NCBI GenBank assembly: GCA_044231675.1
Contig: CM094669.1
Location: forward strand, 2,929,643-2,993,642
Source: Synchiropus picturatus
Lineage: Eukaryota
Length of the DNA: 64,000 nt
Direction of reading: 5' to 3'
Shown: positions 15,244 to 29,563 of the stretch, in pieces
How positions within the stretch are numbered: position 1 is the first letter of the stretch
Layout: the number at the start of each line of letters is the position of its first letter
Translations under genes and position numbers: made by a program
The notes under the pieces: generated by a model
What the model was told of the DNA's origin: nothing
Databases searched by the model: none
The model's input: only the letters and a program-made list of their open reading frames with translations

Positions 15244-17707
15244 TCAGATGGTGTCGTATTCAAACGCCCTCCGGCCGGCCACAGCCACCCACTCGGCCAT
15301 GAAGAAAGTGACGGTTCCAGCGAAGCCAAACAAAACCAGAACCAGCAGCTGCCAGTGCAGGAGCAGGAAGTTGCTGTAGAAGAAGGCCACTGCCGCCATG
15401 ATGGACTGAGGGCCGGACAGGAGGTTATTCTGAGGTCCACGCAGGGTTCCAGTTCTTGTCAGAGGGTCACCTGGATGAACTTGAAGATAGCGAAAGCCGG
15501 GGCGCTCTCCTCTCGGAACATGAAGCCGATGATGCTGAGCAGCTGAGTGTTGAAGCAGCTGTCACCAAAGCCAAGTAGGAAGCTGCAGATCAGCGCCACT
15601 GCCACACTGAAGCACACAAGCGCATGTTTGCACAGTAACAAAAACAACACACAGATGCACAGATGCGAGCTGACGGAGACCAGGATCTGGTTCCTGCTCT
15701 GAGGTCAGCTACCTGGGCTCCATGTAGGCCTCCAGCTGGGTCCCCTCCTCTGGGGCGATTGGAGCGTCGCTCGCGATGTTCAGAAAAATCAGGTAGAAAG
15801 CGAGGTAGTGTGTGATGAGGCCCAGCAGAACCACAGGATTCCTGCCGAAGCGGTTACACCTGTTCAGCATCCCAAAGATGCCCCCTCCTGACCAGAGAGG
15901 AGAAGCGGATCAGGTGAGGAAGGCCAAAACAACTCAGCCAAGACTCACCTAAGATCTCCCCCAGACCGATGAAAATGCCAGAGATGCCGATCAGACTTTT
16001 CGCATCTTGGCCAAAACGGGTCATGGCACCGATGCACGTCCCGTACACGCCGCTGTAGAAGGTAAGCTCCAGCCCTGTCAGGTCAGAACCAGACGCCAAG
16101 TTCAGCAGATGATTGTGTCTCCTCAATAGCCACCAGGGGGCGCTAACACACATGATGGGCCACTCACCCGTGTAGGCACTGGCCAGACTAAGCAGGAGCA
16201 TTTCTTTAGTGACCAGCACTTTTCCCGCCTTCACTGCAAACGACAGGAAGCAGTTTCAACAACAAGCGATTTGCAGGGTCAAAGTCTGAGAGTGACTCGT
16301 ACCAAAGGCGTCCAGAGCCTGTGAGCAGAGGCCAGGGAGAGGCACGCTGCAGGAAGTCAGAGGACAAGGTTACTTCCTGTTAATATCTAACATGATGATA
16401 TTCAACACTGTGATGTCACTTCCTGAGAGCGACAGCCACACTCCTGGGACACCGACCTGGACGTGCTACTGTCCTCAGATGAGTCGGGGGCAGCATCGCC
16501 CTCGTCCAACGCCCCAGACTCTGAGACGGTTTTACGAATGAGGAAGAAGAGGAAGCAGCCAACAAGGCTGATGACAGTCAGAGTGACGAAGACGCTCTGG
16601 CGATCTTTATCTGCCGACACACACAGTGGAAAGCTCACTCCAGCTGCATTTTGAACGATATACACCTCCAACAGAAAAAGAAAAAACGATGAGCTCAAAA
16701 GCTCTCACCTGTGATGTGAACGTGGCCGTGCCATGAGCAGTAGATGTAGAGATTTCCAAAGAACAGGCTGCAACAGGAAGAGGAGGAAGATGAGCAGGAG
16801 GAAGAGATGGAGACGGCTGGAGGAAGTGGGGCAAGGTCACCTGAACTGAAGAAGAGCCCAGAATATTCCGCTGTTACGTCCGATCGTGGTGTCCGAGGAG
16901 TTAATGGCGAGAACATTTCCCTGCGCCGTCCACAAGACTGCAACCCAGGTTACCCCGGCTCATTAGTGACATGATGGAATGATGGAAAACAATTCCGATT
17001 CTGAGCAACTGAGCACTCGGACCCATCACACAGCCAATCCAAATGTGTGTGTCTGAGATTATATTGCAACACTTTCAAGTGCCTTATTCTTGCTGATTCT
17101 CATGAGGAGTCTCAGTGACGCTTGTCTTTGGTGGAAAAACATGAATAACTTCACCTGCCGCTGCAATCCCGACCAGAACCGAAGCCGTGTAGAAGGTCCA
17201 AGTGAGTGGGTAGATGAACACAGCAATGTAGCCACTGAGGAAGAAACCAGGCCCAGCAGAAATGTCAGTCAGAGCACGGCCACTCGAGGTGAGCCAGAAC
17301 ATCTACCTGTAGAGAAGCCCACTGAAGAACATAGAGAGCTGAGGGCCCACGACGGCGACCACCGACGGAGCAATGAGATTAGACGCCGAGAAGACACCGT
17401 AGATGATTGCCATGCTGCGAGGGCGACAGAATGTGAACCTCTGATCGACAACAACCAAAGCCGGCACTGGTGGAGTCTGAGAGAGTGAGTCACCTGGTGT
17501 AGCCGCTTCCATGGAACTCGGTAGTGTTGAGGCTCTTGATAACCGTTTGCTAAACAAAAACACAGCACAGATCAGCTCCCTGTTCGTCCCAGCTTCAGTC
17601 AGGGAGCCCACCTCTATGTTCCCGCACGTCTGAAATGCTGTGAACATGAACATGAAGCCGACGCCGAGGACGACGATGTTCAGGAGCTTCTTCTTCTCTG
17701 GATCCAT
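15244..17707 (-). CDS. mfsd11: UNC93-like major facilitator superfamily protein MFSD11 ortholog, about 12 coding exons. Start ATG at 17707, stop at 15244-15246. Exons lie at approximately 17613-17707, 17490-17545, 17307-17412, ~17165-17255, ~16845-16935, ~16712-16768, ~16445-16610, ~16155-16240, ~15950-16075, ~15705-15895, ~15470-15600 and 15244-15420.
   Basis: The N-terminus MDPEKKKLLNIVVLGVGFMFMFTAFQTCGNIE matches remembered human MFSD11 (MSPESKKLFNIIILGVAFMFMFTAFQTCGNV). Internal exons match MAIIYGVFSASNLIAPSVVAVVGPQLSMF, SGYIAVFIYPLTWTFYTASVLVGIAAA, SLFFGNLYIY and LELTFYSGVYGTCIGA. The C-terminus FFYSNFLLLHWQLLVLVLFGFAGTVTFF matches human FFYSNYLLLHWQLLVMVIFGFFGTISFF. Confidence 0.9.
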
Positions 17708-19677
17708 GGCACCGGCTTCGTCGATCACAGAGGCAGTGCGTGGTTGAAAAGTGACTGGCCTGATAGGAGGGTAAGATGGTCACTGGTGACATCATCATGC
17801 AACCTCCGAGACCATGAACAAGAAGAAACAAGCAGATACATTGTCATCCAACAGAATAAATCGAAGTTAATCTACTTGGTGCTAGGGTTTGCATGAACGT
17901 TTATTGCTCCAGACGCCTCCTGGAACAGGCAGGCGACCTGTCCAGGGTGTCCCCCACCTCGTGCCCAGGAAGCTGACCAGGCTCCCACCACTCCAGACGG
18001 GAATAAGCGGAAGAGCACGAGACAAAGTAAGAGGACCAAGTAAGAGGAACAAGAGGCACGAACCAACTTTAAAGCAAGTTTGTACCGGACGGAACTCTGC
18101 AGCAGACAGAACACGTGATCCAACTGAACATTTTAGCGTCTATTATCAGACAGGAGTTCTGTTTAATTGATAGAAAACACGGCATGCAGCTGCGTTGAAC
18201 TTCTAGCTGTAGGCTTCAAGCTTACCGCTAAAGTTGAACTACTGACGTCACTGCGCAGTTTTGGGTTCTACAAGCCGCATACTTTCTTCGGTTCGGTGCA
18301 GTCAAGCGACCTGACGGCGGCAGCGGCTGGTCTTCCGACAGAACCCGCTGAAGACAACAGGAACGCGTCAGTGAGTCATGTGAGGAAGTCAGCTGACTCT
18401 GACGTCACTAGTTAGCTTAGCTTTTAGCTCCATTACTCCCGTGGTGAATTTGCGCTAGTTTGTTTTTGTATTCATTCTGAATGACGGATTCATTTTCGAT
18501 TACAAAATGTGGGGCGTTAGAGAAAATTCAAACGTCAGGTCGCAAAAATTTAAGAAATATTTTAATTGAATTAAATTGGAAAATACATAAAATTCTCGAC
18601 GTCAATCACATAAGTGACATAATAATGATAAAACAAACTAATAGTCCAACAAATAAGTTTATAAAATAATAGTCCAACATATGTTTTATTTTATTCCTTA
18701 TTGCCCAACAAAATGAAGCCCTGAATCTATTGTACAGTGATGGAATAAGTAATGACAGGAGTGTTATTTCCTGTTAAATAATGGTGGGCCGTTTCTCTGT
18801 TGTACATATATGGCATATATGGAAAACGATGACTCCTGGTGGATAGTTTATTTCAGCGTTTGCGTTCCATGTTTTAACTTCAGACTATAGAATATCCCAG
18901 AGATGCAATTATATGACTTCAGCTGTCATAGTAAAGAGGAGTTTATGTTGGTCTTTTGTTGTAAACTATGTAAATGGACAATTCTGCTCCGACAGTACAG
19001 GAAGCTGAGTTTGTGGAGACTGGTGGTGGACCCCTGTAGGCACGACACCTGAGCCCCCAGGTACGGGCGGTGTCATCATAGTAGTACCTGGGTGTTCCCC
19101 TGAACAATCAACTCAACTGGACAAAAATACAAACGCAAGAAATGGCACAGCTCTCTGTGGTGGGATCATCAGCTGTTTTCTATGGCGTCGTCTCTTGGGA
19201 CAGAGACAAGTTAAGAGGGCCGACTCTGTCCTGGGCTGCTCTCTGTAGGAGGAGGAGGAGGAGAGAGACAGGAGGACTGGGCCCAAGCTGTCGTCCATGA
19301 CAACCAACCTGTCCCGCACCTCCAGACTGGAGGTTTCTGATCCAGTCTTGTTGCATGAAGGAGCAACTCTGTCATACCTTTCTACCTACTTATGTCAATT
19401 TTACAGTGTTAACGTATGCTGATGTTAATTGTGCATTTGTGGCTACTTAATGTATTGTTAATATAAATGTACATATGTTTATTGTTTGTCTTTAATGTCC
19501 TTCATGTTTTGATGCTCACTCAGCGGCTATAACAAGTCAAATTTCCCCATTGTGTGATCAATAAAAGAGTACGTTATTCCATCCCACAACCCCGAGCTCA
19601 GATTTGTAGGTTTTGCGACTTTGATACTGTTCTTACTCTCAACATCCGAGCACCGGGTCGCAGCGCTGGTCAGCAGA

Positions 19678-19727
19678 TGACGTCAGCGTCTGTGAGCAGT
19701 GACGTGTTTCGGGGCGTGTCTATAAAG
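19678..19727 (+). promoter_or_regulatory. Putative eif1 core promoter. A consensus CRE (TGACGTCA, 19678-19685) and a second GTGACGTG half-site sit about 35 bp upstream of a TATAAAG box (19721-19727), roughly 160 bp 5' of the ATG.
   Basis: Motifs were read directly. Spacing and orientation are appropriate for a TATA promoter. No expression data are available. Confidence 0.5.
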
Positions 19728-19889
19728 CCTTGTTTTCTTCTGCTCCAGAGAGCGACCGTCTCCATTTTGTGAGAGCAGCCGAGCTTCGTCACCGTGCCGA
19801 GACCCCCGCGAGCGACTTACACTTCCCAACCATCCAACGATCCACTTGCTGACGAAGTTATTATCCGAGAGGAAAGCCAATCTTGTCGT

Positions 19890-20926
19890 ATGTCCGCTAT
19901 CCAGAACCTCAACACTTTTGGTAAGCGGAGCTTTTCTCGTGCAGGCCCACGGCCTTGGTGGGGGAAGGGCGAGGGAGAAAGAAAAGCCGTTTTTACACCG
20001 TCTTTCGACAGTTAATTACCTTAAATCATCACCATTTCTCAAAGAATTGGTAAAATCGACCGAGATGTAGTTGTACTGTATGTCTGGGCGTTCGATGTTC
20101 GAGCCGTCTGCCTCGAACTTACCGGCCGCCATTAGGCCTCCACCTTGGCTTCCTTTTCGTTCGCGTCTATCGGAGACACTGTAATTTTCGGTAGATGGGC
20201 GCTCGTACTTTGTTCTTGGTGTTGGTTTACGACGTCCGTGTCGATTACGAAATATCCCCGCTGACATCGTTTGACAAAGCACCGGTTAGCATCGATTAGC
20301 TTACTGCTGCTAGCTAACTGCGCTGTGCGGCTGCGCAGTCGAGCGGAAATTTGACCCTTCGACCGCCCGGTGCCACATAACGACACAACAAAGGGATTTG
20401 CACCCGCTATTTAAAGTCGAGGATAACCGTAGTCTGGCAGTTGTGATTGACCCTGATATTTGTGTCTGCAGACCCCTTTGCTGATGCAACTAAGGGTGAT
20501 GACCGCCTCCCAGCCGGGACTGAGGACTACATCCACATAAGAATCCAACAGCGGAACGGGAGGAAGACCCTCACCACTGTCCAGGGCATTGCTGCCGACT
20601 ATGATAAACGTAGGCTGCTCAAAGCCTTGAAGAAGGTACGATGAGCTTCTGTCTGGGTGTTTGCTCTTTTTTCTGACACCGTCTTGCCCCCAACAGAAGT
20701 TTGCCTGCAATGGTACAGTGATTGAGCACCCAGAGTATGGTGAAGTGATTCAGCTTCAAGGTGACCAGAGAAGGAATATCTGCCAGTTCCTGACTGAGGT
20801 GAGTGTGTTGTCTTGGTGTCTTCAGTTGCTCACTTGTTCTCTCTGGATTGTGAACGTTTGTTCCTCTCCCACCCCCGTAGATTGACATGGTCAAGGAGGA
20901 GCAGCTGAAAGTCCACGGCTTCTAGA
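19890..20926 (+). CDS. eif1: Eukaryotic translation initiation factor 1 (eIF1/SUI1), complete. CDS join: 19890-19920, 20472-20635, 20697-20798, 20882-20926 (342 nt, 113 aa).
   Basis: Translates to MSAIQNLNTF|DPFADATKGDDRLPAGTEDYIHIRIQQRNGRKTLTTVQGIAADYDKRRLLKALKK|KFACNGTVIEHPEYGEVIQLQGDQRRNICQFLTE|IDMVKEEQLKVHGF*. This is near-identical to human EIF1, all junctions are GT-AG, and the 3'UTR has an AATAAA near 21290. Confidence 0.95.
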
Positions 20927-22260
20927 AGCTGCAGCCAGCCTCCCCCACCTCTCCTGGACAGCCATTGAAAAGACGCCCCCTTCCCCCTCCCATGTGCTGC
21001 TGTTGCTCTTCCTCTCCCCGACCCCCTCCGCAGCTCCTGATTGCAAACACGTGAATTACCTCCGACAAACATGGGACTCTCTAACACCGCCTCCCTACAC
21101 CACCAGGGGGCAGGCTTGCTCCAGCCAATACACGCCACTCCACACAACATCAGGGATGAGTGGTGACCCCTTAGACCCCTCCCGCTGTTCCCTCTGTTTA
21201 TTACCTTTTTAAATTTTCTTTTTAGGTCTTGTGCCGCAACAAGGAGGAACCGTTTCGTGTAACTTTTTTGTTTTGTACTTCAAAGTGTTTCAATAAAACG
21301 ATGAGTCTCCATATTTGTTGGGAGTGTCGTCATGACAACCAAGTGGAGTGTAGGACATTGCATGAGTTTCGAGAAGCAGCTGGATGATGGACACAAGCAG
21401 AGTTCTTAGCGTTTGGGTTCCGCTGCTCTTAATCTAATCAGGTTTACCGCGGGTGTCCTCGGAGGACTTGAAGTCGAGTGTGTCTGAACTGCAGCGGTCG
21501 TCTTGTTCCCATGAGCCGGCAAAATCCCTGCAGTGGTGCGCTCGGCTCCTTCAGTTCCTGAAATGCAATAAGTCTACAAGCATCTACAGTGAAGTACACC
21601 AGTGGAAAATTCGACTGGCAAGCAAGTCTGTTATGCAACAATTAACTTTTGGTTCAATAAAGATTCTGCAGTTACACTTTGTTCTTGTGTTTGATTCCTG
21701 CTCTGCAAGCTTGAATTACTTGAAGCTAAAATGTGCTACTACTTGTGGCTTGATCAGAATTATTCCTCACAACATCTGTCACTGCAACATTCTAAACAGT
21801 TTCGTCTGTTAAATCTGAAACGAAGACAGTTCGCGTTTTTCCTGTCACATTTTGTCCCTGATGACGCCCCGTCCGTTTCCGTGGCGACGCCACTGTAGCC
21901 CAAGCTAAGCTAACGTGTTCAGGAGCGCGGCGGGAACATCGGCGCTGCTTTGTTCAGAGACGCAGAAGCTTCCCGCCGTCTCAGGTGAGACTCCGCCCAC
22001 AGGTGAGCCTCTTTGAGCCACAATTAACTCACCCGTTATCGACAGAGCTGGGACAGCACGGTCGTTGCACGACAACAAAACTGGTGAGTCCTCGCGGCTC
22101 CTCTCTGGGTTGGTTCCTGCGGCTGCACAGGCGCCTGCAAGCAACAGGTCGGTCCCGCAGCTCTGTAACCAGAACAACTGAATGCTTCCATTTGAGTAAA
22201 AACCTTCCATATGTGCGTGTGTGTTCTCAGAGATGTGACCTCGGGAGGATTGAGGGGAAA

Positions 22261-22652
22261 ATGCCGGTAAGTATGTAGTATGTATGCTCTCATGTGTCAG
22301 CGCTCACCTCGCCTTTGGTCCTCAGGTTCTTCCGGTGTGGGAGCTCGCCGTCCCCCTTCCGGCTGTGATGATGATCACAGTCGCCCTCTACATCGTCATG
22401 GTTGCTCTTGGACTTTGGATCCGGTTCTGTCTGAAGGTGAGCTTGATCGGCTCTGTCACCTTTCCATCTAAACAGGAAACCCGATTCTTTCCTCAGGACC
22501 GGTGTTCCTGCCAGGACTGCTGCCCGGGCTTCTCCTTATGTGACCAATGTTTTCAACTGGCAGAAATGTGTGACTTCCGCACGCCCTCCCTGCGCTCGTG
22601 CCTGCCGGCCTCCTGTCCCAGGCCCAACGTGAGCGCAGTTTTCACCTGCTGA
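22261..22652 (+). CDS. Unrecognised small single-pass membrane protein with a cysteine-rich C-terminal tail. Exons: 22261-22266 (ATG CCG|gtaagt), 22326-22436, 22497-22652. An alternative splice from 22629 to a fourth exon at 22701-22787 (FGRWDCACTCQPPECDSCNCLCFEIRIK*) is possible.
   Basis: Spliced translation is MP|VLPVWELAVPLPAVMMITVALYIVMVALGLWIRFCLK|DRCSCQDCCPGFSLCDQCFQLAEMCDFRTPSLRSCLPASCPRPNVSAVFTC*. It has one clear hydrophobic helix followed by a basic stop-transfer and 13 Cys residues, with good acceptor and donor signals. An AATAAA lies near 22917. I could not recall a named family it matches. Confidence 0.5.
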
Positions 22653-23592
22653 TGATGATTTGACATTCAGACTTTGATGTGATGAATGTCTGTTGTTTCA
22701 GTTCGGACGCTGGGACTGCGCGTGCACCTGTCAGCCACCAGAGTGCGACTCCTGCAACTGTCTCTGCTTCGAGATTCGGATCAAGTAGAAGTGCCAGGAG
22801 TAAACCGAGAGAAAAGTTGGCTTTAAGCGCCATCCCCAGTCTAATCTTTGATACTTGTTTATATGAGGCTTTTGTGTGTGTGTGTGTGTGTGTTGTTTTT
22901 TTCAAATACAGTTTTAAATAAATTAATGATGTCGTTCTGATTTCTTGCACAGCCTGATGTTGAAGTCCAGAATTCAATGTATGGAAGTTAGACACGGTCT
23001 GAGTTAACATGACTTGTACAAGCGGTCGGTAGAAATCAATGAAATGGTTCAGACTCCGTGACAACAATCCCTTGTGCTTGTTTGCCAACAAAAGAGTCCA
23101 TGAACGCACCGCGGAGGTCTGTTGCCTAGCGACCGAAAACGCTCTTGTTTGTTGCGCCCAACGTGGTAATCACCGGAAGTAACAGCAGTAAGCTAGACGC
23201 TGTTACAAGCACAACATCCGATATGTTTCGTATTTTGGTTTCCGCTGCCGGAGCTCAAGAATCCGGCTGGAGGAGGTCTGATGAACCCAACGGAACCACA
23301 GTAGCAGCTCATTAGCAAGCTCTGGTCAAAAGTGTTTGAAAACTCGTCACAGGCTTTTTGTGCTGATCACTGGACCGTGTTTTATTTTGGAAGCATGCTC
23401 GTTGGTTTCCGGTCAGCACGTGCAATTGACACCCCATTTTCCACTGGGTCAGTGCAGAGCGATGTTTGGGAACATTGGACTTGGAAACGCCAGTCCTAGG
23501 AGATAGTTTCCTGCTGGGCTCTGGTTTTCATGCTCCGATCCAAGTCGTTCCGACAGACAGAGGCGGAGGAAGCTTCGGTGTCAGTCAGTATC

Positions 23593-26500
23593 ATGTCGGG
23601 TCTCAGCTTCTTGGACCTTTTAGACTCCTCAATCAGAGACTCCAACAAAGCGGCGGTGGATTTCAGTGCTCTGTACCGGTTTCTCCACGCGCTGCTGACC
23701 CACCTCGGGATCCAGGACCTGGTCCTCCGCTCCGGGCTTGTACAGGATGAAGCCGGCAGGGCAGTGACCACAGTGGAGCCGGGGGAGGAACCGCCGCTCC
23801 TCAACCGCGTCCAGCGCTGTGAGGACGAACTGACCCGGGTGAGACACGCGTGCTACCTCGAGAGCCATCTACACATGAACACTCTTCAGTGCTATGTCAT
23901 ATTGTGACGTCAACAGTATAACCACAACTGTAATTGATTCCCAGCGAGTGACATCGTCATCACGTGACAGTTTCTTGGCAACTTCGGGGTTGCAAGACTT
24001 GGGTCAAACTCAGATCGGACTCACACCAGATTCCTGTCTGGTTCCGGTCCGACTTGGTCCGCCCGCCTCCTCTCAGACTCGGGTCAAACTCTGGTCAGAC
24101 TCACACTGCTCGTGCTGAAGCAGCATCACTTCTGGTGATGGCAGCTGAGACAAAAGCGGGGCGGAGCTTGGCGCCATCTCAGGTGACCCCGGTGTGTCGC
24201 TCTGGCGCGAGCGAGTCCCCCCCGCTGTGCAGCTCACGAACCGCTGCCTGAATCATTCATGTCGACCCCTCCGCCGAGGTCAGTGCGCCAGACCTACACA
24301 CGCACGACGCTGCGCCGGATCCAGCAGGTGGCGCTCACACTCACTCACCTGCTTGATGACCCGACCGCTTCACGCGCATCCAATCAGAACCCTCCGCCTC
24401 TCTGCGCGAGAAACAAACCTGTCGCCATGACGACGCGCTGATGTCGGGTTTCTTCAGTAAAACATAATTTGATGAATTATTGACGAGTTAGTTTTCCTCC
24501 GTCTGCAACACACACTCATACATCTTTCATGCCTCGGCTGGTTAATTAACGAGCTGCGGGTCAGAGCTGTGGGGGGCAGTGAGGCGTTCATGTGACACCA
24601 GTTACACACCAACGCACACTCTCTGGAGGAATGTCACACACTCACATGTACACAGACTGGTGCGCACACACACTCTGTTTGTCAGGAAATGAAAAAGTCA
24701 TCAGGTGACGGACAAGTGGCATCGACAGGTCACAGGCCTAAGAGGTCAGAGGATCAACTCAATCTGAAACCAACGTGTGCAGGTCCCGCGACAATGTTCT
24801 CACACGCTCTCACCTGACTTCCTGCTTCTGTCTTTCGGCAGGTGACAGCTCTGTTCAGGGATCTGCAGCAGCACAGAAACCAGGAGCAGACGATGGAGGT
24901 GAAGGAGACCCAGGAGCAGATGAAGGAGGTGAAGGAGATCCAGGAGCAGATGAAGCAGATGAAGGAGATCCAGGAGCAGATGAAGGAGGTGAAGGAGATC
25001 CAGGAGCAGATGAAGCAGGTGAAGGAGACCCAGGAGCAGATGGCGGTGAAGGAGCTTCAGGAACAGATGAAGGAAGTGAGGGAGCTTCAGGAACAGATAA
25101 AGGAAGTGAAGGGCCTCCATGAAAAGATAAAGGAAGTGAAGGAGCACCAGGAGCAAATGAAGGAGCTCCAAGAGCCAATGACGGCAGTGATGGTCCTCCA
25201 GAAGCAGATGAAGGAGGTTGAAGGCACATTGTAGTAAACACAAACACAGAGAATCTACGACATCACTTCCTGTTTTTCTGCGACAGACGTGTGTCACCTG
25301 GGACGTCCTGCATGCGAGTCTGCTTGCGGGTCAGCAGGTGAAGCCTCACTGATGATGTCAGAGTTGGAGGCGGGACATGTGTCACTCAAATGAATTGATC
25401 TGGTGCCAACAGGTGTCACCAGATACCCGGGATGCCGATGCTTCACTGAGACACTTTTCTCCAGAACCTTCAGGCTCCTGCGAGTCCATGAGGGTCAAAG
25501 AAGACACGACAGGTCCTCGGGAGTCTGCTTCCTGTTTGGTGGGAGAACCATACGGGTCCAGCTTCTCTGAACAACACCAGCAGACTCTGGAGGCTCTTCG
25601 AGACATTGGTGGTCTTCGGAACCAGAGACTGGACCAGCGAGTGGCACTGCTGGAGGAGGAGAAGATGGACCAGGCCCAGCTGACTCCTTTGCACCAGCTC
25701 ATCAACAGAGGTGATGTCACTTCCTGTTGAAAGCTGACACTTCCTGTTGGCACCAGACCATTGGTTTCCTGTGTCCACAGGTTCTCTGGAGGTAAAGCAG
25801 CTGATGAAAGACATGGAGCAGCAGAGGACTTTAATGGACGACCTGAGGAAGCAGCAGAAGGTGAGTCTTCAAATGTCCCTTCGTGATCGAAAGTAGCTGA
25901 AACATTTAAGGTCATGTGACTGAGGACGTCCAGGTGTCCACAACTGCCAAGTCTTGTCCGAGTTTGTGTCCTAGCGTCGTGTGTTTTGTCTCTTCAGGTT
26001 CTGAATCAGTCTCTGCAGGATCTGGAGCAGAAGGCCACCAGCAAGTATGTGATGGAGCCCGACATTGTAAGTGGAACCAGCTCGTAACTTCGGAGGGTGT
26101 AACGGTTGAAGATGACCATGTGAATTACTCGGCACAGAAAGTGGATCAGATGGTTCTGGACAGCAAAGTGAGTCGGAGAGACTTCGACTCGGTGACAGAG
26201 CAGTTGAATGCCATGTTCCATGAGCTGCTGAATCGGGTGTCGGGTCAGGAGCAGAACTGGCAGCAGCTGATGGAGCGACTCTCCAGTGAGATGGACTGCA
26301 AGGTGAGGACCAGGAGTGGCTCACCATTTGGGAGTTCTGACTGTGTTCTCAGCTGAACAGACTGGAGTTGGACTCTGTCAAGAAACAGCTGGAGGACCGG
26401 TGGAAGAAGATCCAATCCAAGCTTCACACTCAGGAGGAGCCTGAGAACCAGGACGCCGCTGGACTCAGGAAGTAGGTGAAGTTGGGACGTATAGCTGCAG

Positions 26501-27450
26501 CAGGACATCGGGCCATGACATTAACCTTGATGTTCATTTCCAGACAACTCATTGACAGATTCCACTGCCTGTCATGTGACCGACCCATCACCAAACTTGG
26601 CCCTGGACCGTGAGTCAGCTGACCCCAGGCGGTGGTGACACAGTGATCTCAACTCAACAGGAGTCACAGTATGGTTGCGTGTCTGCAGGCGGCTGGTGAC
26701 CCTTCCATCGTCGCCCGGTCTCCCGTCCCACAGATCCATCCGGCCGTTCACGGTCTACGCCCTGGAGCAGTTCCGACATCACTACAGGAGGTGAGCGTCG
26801 CCTCACCGACTCACACACGTGGACTCAGGATTAACTGCGTCTTCTACTGAAGCAGCCACGGTGTTTCTGCAGCAACTGACCACCAGCTGACGTCACATAG
26901 AGGTGGGCGGAGCCAGACAGCCGTGGCAGGACTTCAACGGAGGACAAAGCAGGCGAAGCAGCAGGCAGACACGGACCTCCAGGTACCAATGGTAAATCAG
27001 CTGAGGAATTCTTCACCGACTGACCTATCCCTGCACCAGTCAGAAGAGGTGGACATCGTGGGTCTCGATGGACAAGTTTACAGAGGGCGCCTGAATGCAC
27101 CGCCCTTTGGTAACCAGGACAGGAAGCTCCCAAATATCTCAGGCAAAGACGGTAAGTGGCCTGATGATATCAGGACGATGATGTGGTTGTGTTGCCTCAC
27201 ATGACTGTCTTCTGCAGTGTCCAGTAAATCTGAAGACAAAAGCAGGACCTCAACTCACAGAAGTCCACCTTCACCTGAGAGCAGAGGAGGTGAGGTCACA
27301 CCCACAGATGTACCCGCAGACTCTCACCTGTGTCTTGCAGGCTCCTGTGGTTCTGGTCGGGCCCGCTCGGTTCTTGGCTGCCCATCCCAGAGCTCCATCC
27401 TGGAGACACCTGCTGCTGACCTGCTGGACCCCATGGCATTCCAGATGTAG
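23593..27450 (+). CDS. Coiled-coil Gln/Glu-rich protein with a DUF4795-type C-terminal region, resembling QRICH2. At least 11 exons. Exon 1 is 23593-23843; exon 2 (about 24840-25234) contains a 33-bp repeat; later exons lie near 25790-25859, 25995-26067, 26136-26305, 26352-26474, 26541-26607, 26689-26793 and about 26990-27150; the last exon is 27224-27450.
   Basis: Exon 1 is MSGLSFLDLLDSSIRDSNKAAVDFSALYRFLHALLTHLGIQDLV...RCEDELTR|gtgaga. Exon 2 is VTALFRDLQQHRNQEQTMEVKETQEQMKEVKEIQEQMK...(EVKEIQEQMKQ)n. Downstream exons read SLEVKQLMKDMEQQRTLMDDLRKQQK, VLNQSLQDLEQKATSKYVMEPDI, ...QLIDRFHCLSCDRPITKLGPGP, RLVTLPSSPGLPSHRSIRPFTVYALEQFRHHYRR and ...GLDGQVYRGR. The family assignment is from memory and moderately confident. 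Exon 2 and the 26990-27150 exon boundaries are approximate. Confidence 0.7.
24870..25200. repeat. 33-bp tandem repeat (gaggtgaaggagatccaggagcagatgaagcag-like unit), about 10 copies. Coding (EVKEIQEQMKQ)n in exon 2 of the QRICH2-like gene.
   Basis: The repeat is visible directly. All six frames are open across it, which produces the four overlapping track ORFs on both strands. Confidence 0.85.
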
Positions 27451-27959
27451 ACCACTGCTCAGCTGATCTCCATCCCTTCCTTGACCTTGAGCAGAGTTCT
27501 GGTCCTCCCGCTAGAGGTGGCTCTTGCCCTAACCAGCTCATTGTTTAACGTCATACCCTTATCTCACCTGGTGTCGCCCCTCCACTCAGACACGAGGACT
27601 CGACTCTGGCGCCCTCTTGAGGTCAGAGCTGAGCTACTGAAACGGACACCAAACCACATTTCTCTGGACGACACACTGTAACAACAAAAGGTTGCAACTT
27701 TATTTGTCCAAACTAGAAACTAAATAAATCTTTTATAAACCAGATTTGAACATTTCTCCTTAAAAAAAACGTAAATATCCAGCCGCCAGTCCTGACTTTT
27801 CTCTGAGAGACGTTGCTGTCCTGTGGCGAAGAATCATCACCTGGTCACTTCCTGTCCCACAACTCAGGTCACTGGGTCAGTGCATTGTGGTCTCGCTGGT
27901 TTCACAAAGTTATTGTCTTTCCTGCGCCCTACCCGCCCTGCCTTGAGCCCAGTAGGGTC

Positions 27960-29563
<1,604 letters not shown>

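Noticed and set aside
24800-25297. Four overlapping ORFs on both strands (24775..25122+, 24842..25234+, 24800..25297-, 24855..25247-)
   Set aside because: Artefacts of the 33-bp coding repeat in the QRICH2-like gene. Only the 24842..25234(+) frame continues the exon-1 phase.
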